Assembly: GCA_003133025.1 (NCBI GenBank) | Contig: PKZK01000088.1 | Span: 146 to 10,279 of the forward strand | Source of the DNA: Vulcanimicrobiota bacterium | Lineage (GTDB): Bacteria > Vulcanimicrobiota > Vulcanimicrobiia > Vulcanimicrobiales > Vulcanimicrobiaceae | DNA: 10,134 bases | Direction: 5' to 3' | Part shown: positions 5,937 through 10,134 of the stretch, in pieces | Layout of the letters: each line of letters opens with the position of its first letter | Position numbering within the stretch: the stretch's first letter is position 1 | The notes under the pieces: model-generated | What the model saw: only the letters and a program-made list of their open reading frames with translations | Told to the model about the DNA's origin: nothing | The model's database searches: none | Made by a program: the position numbers and the translations under genes

Positions 5937-6689
5937 TTGGCGGGCGAAGCACGGCGCCGGCGCTTGCGCGCCCTCGTCGCGCGCACCGGGGCGAACGTCG
6001 ACATCGACAAACTCGATGCGGCCTTCGCGCACGAGAGCGCGTTCCGCGAAGGTCTCGCCGAGGCGTCCAACGAGCGTTTGGAATTCTTGGGCGACGCGTT
6101 GCTCGGCTTCGTCGTCGCCCGCGCGCTCTACGCGCGCTATCCCGATGCGCCGCAAGGCGAGTTGACCTTGCGCAAGGCGGCGCTGGTCAACGATGCGGCG
6201 CTGGCCGAAACCGCGCGGCGTCTCGAATTCGAACCGCTGCTGCGCTTGGGCGCGAGCCTGGCCAACGCCGGCGCCGCGCGACCGCGTTCGACGCTCTCCG
6301 ACGCGTTCGAGGCCTTCTTGGCCGCGCTCTATCAGGAAGCCGGGCTCGAGGCCGTGGCCGACTTCGTGGCGCGCGAACACGTCGCGGTGCACGAGCGCAA
6401 CGCGATCCCGCTCGACGATCCCAAGACGCTCTTGCAAGAGTGGTCGCAGCGCCGCTTCGCCGACGTGCCCGCCTACGTGGAACGCTTCGAGGGACCGCCG
6501 CACGAGCGCGTCTTCTTCTCGGAAGTGGCGGTGCGCGGCGACGTGCTGGCCGCGGGCAGCGGCCCGAGTAAGAAGGCCGCGCAGCGCGCGGCCGCGGCGC
6601 GCGCGCTCGAGGTCGTGCGCGAACGGTACGGCGACGTCGAGACGCGAAATTATTCCGCACCGCTGGCCCCGGCGGACGCGCGCGCGTGA
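5937..6689 (+). CDS. rnc: Ribonuclease III
   Basis: Signature NERLEFLGDA, SDAFEAFLAALY, C-terminal dsRBD (DPKTLLQEW...GPPHERVF...GSGPSKKAAQRAAA). TTG start with GGGAG (5926-5930) 6 nt upstream. Confidence 0.97.
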   Translation: MAGEARRRRLRALVARTGANVDIDKLDAAFAHESAFREGLAEASNERLEFLGDALLGFVVARALYARYPDAPQGELTLRKAALVNDAALAETARRLEFEPLLRLGASLANAGAARPRSTLSDAFEAFLAALYQEAGLEAVADFVAREHVAVHERNAIPLDDPKTLLQEWSQRRFADVPAYVERFEGPPHERVFFSEVAVRGDVLAAGSGPSKKAAQRAAAARALEVVRERYGDVETRNYSAPLAPADARA

Positions 6690-9600
6690 GGCTCAAGTCG
6701 TTACGCCTCTTCGGCTTCAAAACGTTTGCCGAACAGACGCTGCTCACGTTCGAGCCGGGCATCACGGGCCTCGTGGGGCCCAACGGTTCGGGCAAGTCGA
6801 ATCTGGTCGACGCGATTCGCTGGGTGCTCGGCGAGCAGAGTTCCAAGAGCCTGCGCACCGGCAAGAGCGAGGACGTGATCTTCGCGGGCAACGAGCGGCG
6901 CAAGCCGCTGGGCATGGCCGAGGTGGCGCTGACCTTCGACAATTCGGAACGCCGGCTCGACGTCGATGCGGCCGAGGTGCAGTTGACGCGCCGCGCCTAC
7001 CGCGCGGGCGAGAGCGAATTCTTCATCAACCGCCAGCAAGTGCGCTTGCGCGACATCGTCGATCTCCTGATGGGCACCGGGCTCGGACCGGGCTCCTATT
7101 CGATCGTGTCGCAGGGTCAGATCGACGCGATCCTCTCCTCCAAGCCTTCCGACCGGCGTAGCCTTTTCGAAGAGACCGCGGGCATCAACCGTTTCCTCGC
7201 GCGCAAGGCCGAGTCGCTGCGCCGTCTCGAGCAGACCGAACAAAACGGCATTCGCATCAGCGACCTGCTCGCCGAGATCCAAGCCCGCATTCCCGAACTC
7301 GAGACGCAGGCGCGGCGAGCGCGGCGCTTCCGGAAGGCCTCGGCTCGACTGCGCGATCTCGAGATCCTCTCCTATCTGCGCGCGAGCGCGTCGCGGCGCA
7401 CCGAACGCGAGCGGCTGACCGCCGATCTCGAACGCCTCGAACTCGAACAGGCCACGGCCGGAGCGCGCGCGGCGACCGTCGACGCCGAACTCGGCGCGGT
7501 GCGCGGCGGCTTGCTCGAATTGGAACGCCGGCTCGACGGTTTGCGCGCGGCGGCCACGCGCGCGCGTTCCGAACTCGCCGAACTCGAAGTGCACCAGGCC
7601 GGCCTGCTGGCGCGCCGCGAAGCGCTCGAAAAGCAGTCGTCGCAAATCACCGGCGACCGCGAGCGCGCCGACGCCGAACGCGCCGCGCTGCGTGAGGAAG
7701 CGGCCCGCCTCGAAGCCGAGATCGCGCCGCGCACGGAGGCGCTCGAAGCGCAACGCGGCCGCGAACGCGACGCGCAAGAAGCCTTGGCCGCGGCGCGTGC
7801 GGCGCTCGACCACATCTTCGCCGCGTTGCGCGAGGTCGAAGCGGCTGCGGCCGCCGATGCGGCCAGCGAAGCGGAGCGCCGCGCGCAATTGCACGCGACC
7901 CAAACCGAATACGAGCGGCTCGAGCGCGAAGCGTTCGCCCTGCGCGACGAAGCCGCGCACAAGAGCGAGTCGGCCGCGCGCTTAGCCCACGAGGTCGAAC
8001 GTGCGACGGTCGTGGCACGCGATTTGGAAGCGCGCGCCGCGGGGTGCGCGGCCGAAGCCGCCGCAGCCGACGAACGCGTGGCCGCGGCCGCCGCCGCGCT
8101 CGGCGCCGCACAACGCGCCTATCGCGACGCGACGCACGAGTTGGCCGCAGCCGAAGCGCGGCTGCACACGATCGAGGAACTCGAAGCCAATCTCGAAGGA
8201 CACGTGCCCGGCACGCGGGCCGTGCTCGAAGCGGTGACCCGCGCCGAACTCTCCGGCGTGCTCGGCGTCGTCTCCAACCTCATTCGCGTCGACGAAACCT
8301 ACGCGCGCGCGCTCGACATCGCGTTCGGCGCCGGCCTCTCCAACCTCGTCACCGAAACGTCCGAAGACGCGCAGCATGCGATCGCGCTGCTGCGCGAACG
8401 CGAAGCGGGACGCGCCACCTTTCTGCCCTTGGATACGTTGGGCAACCGCACCGGCCGGCCCGTAGCCGACACGCCGCGGCTGCCCGGCGTGATCGGGTAC
8501 GCGCACACGCTGGTCGAAACGCAACCGCGCTTCGCCGGCATCGTCGCGTTCTTGGTCGGACGCGTGCTCGTCGTCGAGACGCTCGACGTCGGCGTGGAGC
8601 TGGTCCGCGGACGCAACTTCCGCGATTCGATCGTCACGCTCGAGGGCGATCAACTCAGCGGCGGCGGCGCGATGACCGGCGGACGCTACAAGCGCGAACG
8701 CTCGATCCTTTCGCGGCGCGCGCAGGCGCGTACGCTTTCCGAACAACTGCCGCGTCTGCGCGAAGTCCTGGCCGCCGCGCAGAGCGCCGCGACCGCGGCC
8801 GACGCCGAGAGCGCGGAGTCGACCCGCGTGCGCGACGAGGCGCGCGCTCGCGAGGCGCAACTGACCTTGGCGTTGCGCGAAAACGAGACCAAGCTCGAAA
8901 ACCTCGTCGGCGAACACGCGCGTCTCGAGGGCGAGGCCGCGGCGGCGCTGGCGCGCGCCGGCGAACGCGACGCGCAGACCGGCGAAGCGCGGCTGCGCCT
9001 GACCGTGTTGGAGCAGCCCGCCGCCGATCCCGCGGCGCGGGTGGCCGAGCGCGAGCGCCTCGATGCGGCGCTGGGCGAAGCGCGGGCCACGATCGCGCGC
9101 GCGCAGGATGCCGAACGCACGGTCGCCGGCGAGATCGCAAGCGAACGCGAAGCCGTCGCGACGTTGATCGCGCGTCGCGATGCGGCGAGCGCGCGCGTCG
9201 CGCTGCTCGACGTCGACAGCGAGCGCGCGGCCGACGCGCGCACGCAGATGGAAGCCGAACTCGACGCGCTGGCTGCGAGCGCGACGAGCGGCGAACGCGC
9301 GCTCGAGTCGGCCAAGGTGCGCGTCACCGAAGCCGACGCCGCCGACGCGGCCGCGCGCGCCGAACGGGAGCGCCGCGCGGGCCTCGCCAACGCGCTCGAG
9401 AGCGATCTGCAGTTGGCGCGCGTGGCCGAACGCGAGGCGGCGCAGGCGGGCGAAGGCAGCCGCGTGCGGCTGGCCGAGATCGACGCCGAATTGGGCATGC
9501 TCGCCGCGCAGTTCGCGCAGAACCCCGCGACCGCCGACGAATGCGCCGACGTCGAGGCGCGCTACGCGAACGAAACCGGCGACGTGACGGCCGAACTGCA

Positions 9601-10134
9601 GCGCCTGCGCGAAGATCTCGCGCGCCTGCAGAACGTCAACTTGAACGCCGAAGCCGAGATCTCCGAGCTGATCGAACGCGAGCGTTTCCTCAAGGAACAG
9701 ATCGACGATCTGGCCCGCGCGCGCGAAACGCTGTTGGCCTCGATCCACGAGATCGAAAGCTCGTCGCAAGAGGCGTTCAACGTCACCTTCGAAGCGGTCC
9801 GCAAGGCCTTCGAAGGCGTGTACGCGCGGCTCTATCCGGGCGGACAGGCGAAGATGTGGCAGACCGATCCCGAGCATCTGGCCGAAACCGGCATCGAGAT
9901 CGCGGTCCAGCCGCCGGGCAAGAAGATGATGCCCTTGCACTCGCTCTCCGGCGGCGAACGCGCGATGGCCTCGTCGGCACTGATCTTCGCGCTCGTCCAG
10001 GTCAAGCCGTCGCCGTTCTATCTGCTCGACGAGGTCGACGCCGCCCTCGACGACGCCAACGTCGACCGTTTCTCCGCGATGGTTCGCGACGTCGCCGCCG
10101 ACGCGCAACTGCTGATCGTCACGCACAACAAGAA
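6686..10134 (+). CDS. smc: Chromosome segregation protein SMC (3' end truncated by window edge)
   Basis: GTG at 6686 overlaps the rnc TGA (GTGA). Manual translation: MRLKSLRLFGFKTFAEQ...GPNGSGKSNLVDAIRWVLGEQS (Walker A), SIVSQG (Q-loop), Ala/Glu/Arg-rich coiled coils, hinge (GVLGVVSNLIRVD...GRATFLPLD...TLEGDQLSGGGAMTGG, a GX6GX3GG motif), signature LSGGE (near 9944-9958), Walker B/D-loop FYLLDEVDAALDDAN, then IVTHNK at the edge. The N- and C-terminal motifs are in the same frame. Confidence 0.98.
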   Translation, partial: MRLKSLRLFGFKTFAEQTLLTFEPGITGLVGPNGSGKSNLVDAIRWVLGEQSSKSLRTGKSEDVIFAGNERRKPLGMAEVALTFDNSERRLDVDAAEVQLTRRAYRAGESEFFINRQQVRLRDIVDLLMGTGLGPGSYSIVSQGQIDAILSSKPSDRRSLFEETAGINRFLARKAESLRRLEQTEQNGIRISDLLAEIQARIPELETQARRARRFRKASARLRDLEILSYLRASASRRTERERLTADLERLELEQATAGARAATVDAELGAVRGGLLELERRLDGLRAAATRARSELAELEVHQAGLLARREALEKQSSQITGDRERADAERAALREEAARLEAEIAPRTEALEAQRGRERDAQEALAAARAALDHIFAALREVEAAAAADAASEAERRAQLHATQTEYERLEREAFALRDEAAHKSESAARLAHEVERATVVARDLEARAAGCAAEAAAADERVAAAAAALGAAQRAYRDATHELAAAEARLHTIEELEANLEGHVPGTRAVLEAVTRAELSGVLGVVSNLIRVDETYARALDIAFGAGLSNLVTETSEDAQHAIALLREREAGRATFLPLDTLGNRTGRPVADTPRLPGVIGYAHTLVETQPRFAGIVAFLVGRVLVVETLDVGVELVRGRNFRDSIVTLEGDQLSGGGAMTGGRYKRERSILSRRAQARTLSEQLPRLREVLAAAQSAATAADAESAESTRVRDEARAREAQLTLALRENETKLENLVGEHARLEGEAAAALARAGERDAQTGEARLRLTVLEQPAADPAARVAERERLDAALGEARATIARAQDAERTVAGEIASEREAVATLIARRDAASARVALLDVDSERAADARTQMEAELDALAASATSGERALESAKVRVTEADAADAAARAERERRAGLANALESDLQLARVAEREAAQAGEGSRVRLAEIDAELGMLAAQFAQNPATADECADVEARYANETGDVTAELQRLREDLARLQNVNLNAEAEISELIERERFLKEQIDDLARARETLLASIHEIESSSQEAFNVTFEAVRKAFEGVYARLYPGGQAKMWQTDPEHLAETGIEIAVQPPGKKMMPLHSLSGGERAMASSALIFALVQVKPSPFYLLDEVDAALDDANVDRFSAMVRDVAADAQLLIVTHNK

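Noticed and set aside
6468..6484. parS-like half site CGTGGAAC within rnc near smc
   Set aside because: Only one half of the palindrome is present, and it is explained by the codons for YVER.
4398..6503. 701-aa minus-strand ORF
   Set aside because: Antisense shadow of fabF and rnc; no family motifs.
7380..9500. Low-complexity GCC/GAG/CGC-rich quasi-repeats
   Set aside because: Explained by the Ala/Glu/Arg-rich SMC coiled coils; no discrete repeat unit or CRISPR-like spacing seen.
6701..10126. Minus-strand ORFs of 419 aa and 714 aa
   Set aside because: Antisense to smc, which has all SMC motifs in one plus-strand frame.

Overview
High-GC bacterial chromosomal housekeeping region with two divergent gene clusters meeting in a 142-bp intergenic region (4526-4667). 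Minus strand: rpmA (L27) - obgE - nadD - lysA - DUF3465-like lipoprotein - maf (maf runs off the left edge and is missing from the ORF track). Plus strand: fabF - rnc - smc (smc starts at 6686, runs off the right edge and is missing from the ORF track). I see no mobile element, CRISPR array or RNA gene. The most interesting points are these. (1) L27 carries the Firmicutes-type N-terminal extension [13 protein letters not shown] that is normally removed by the Prp protease, yet rplU and prp are not upstream; rpmA instead has its own sigma70-type promoter and an almost leaderless start. (2) Both clusters lack their usual leading genes (rplU-prp; acpP and other fab genes), which suggests a rearrangement junction. 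(3) A terminator hairpin between rpmA and obgE is nested inside an outer stem that pairs with the obgE initiation region. (4) Two small candidate ORFs have stops that overlap the nadD and fabF start codons. None of this proves a new system; these are testable regulatory and processing hypotheses in otherwise ordinary core genome.
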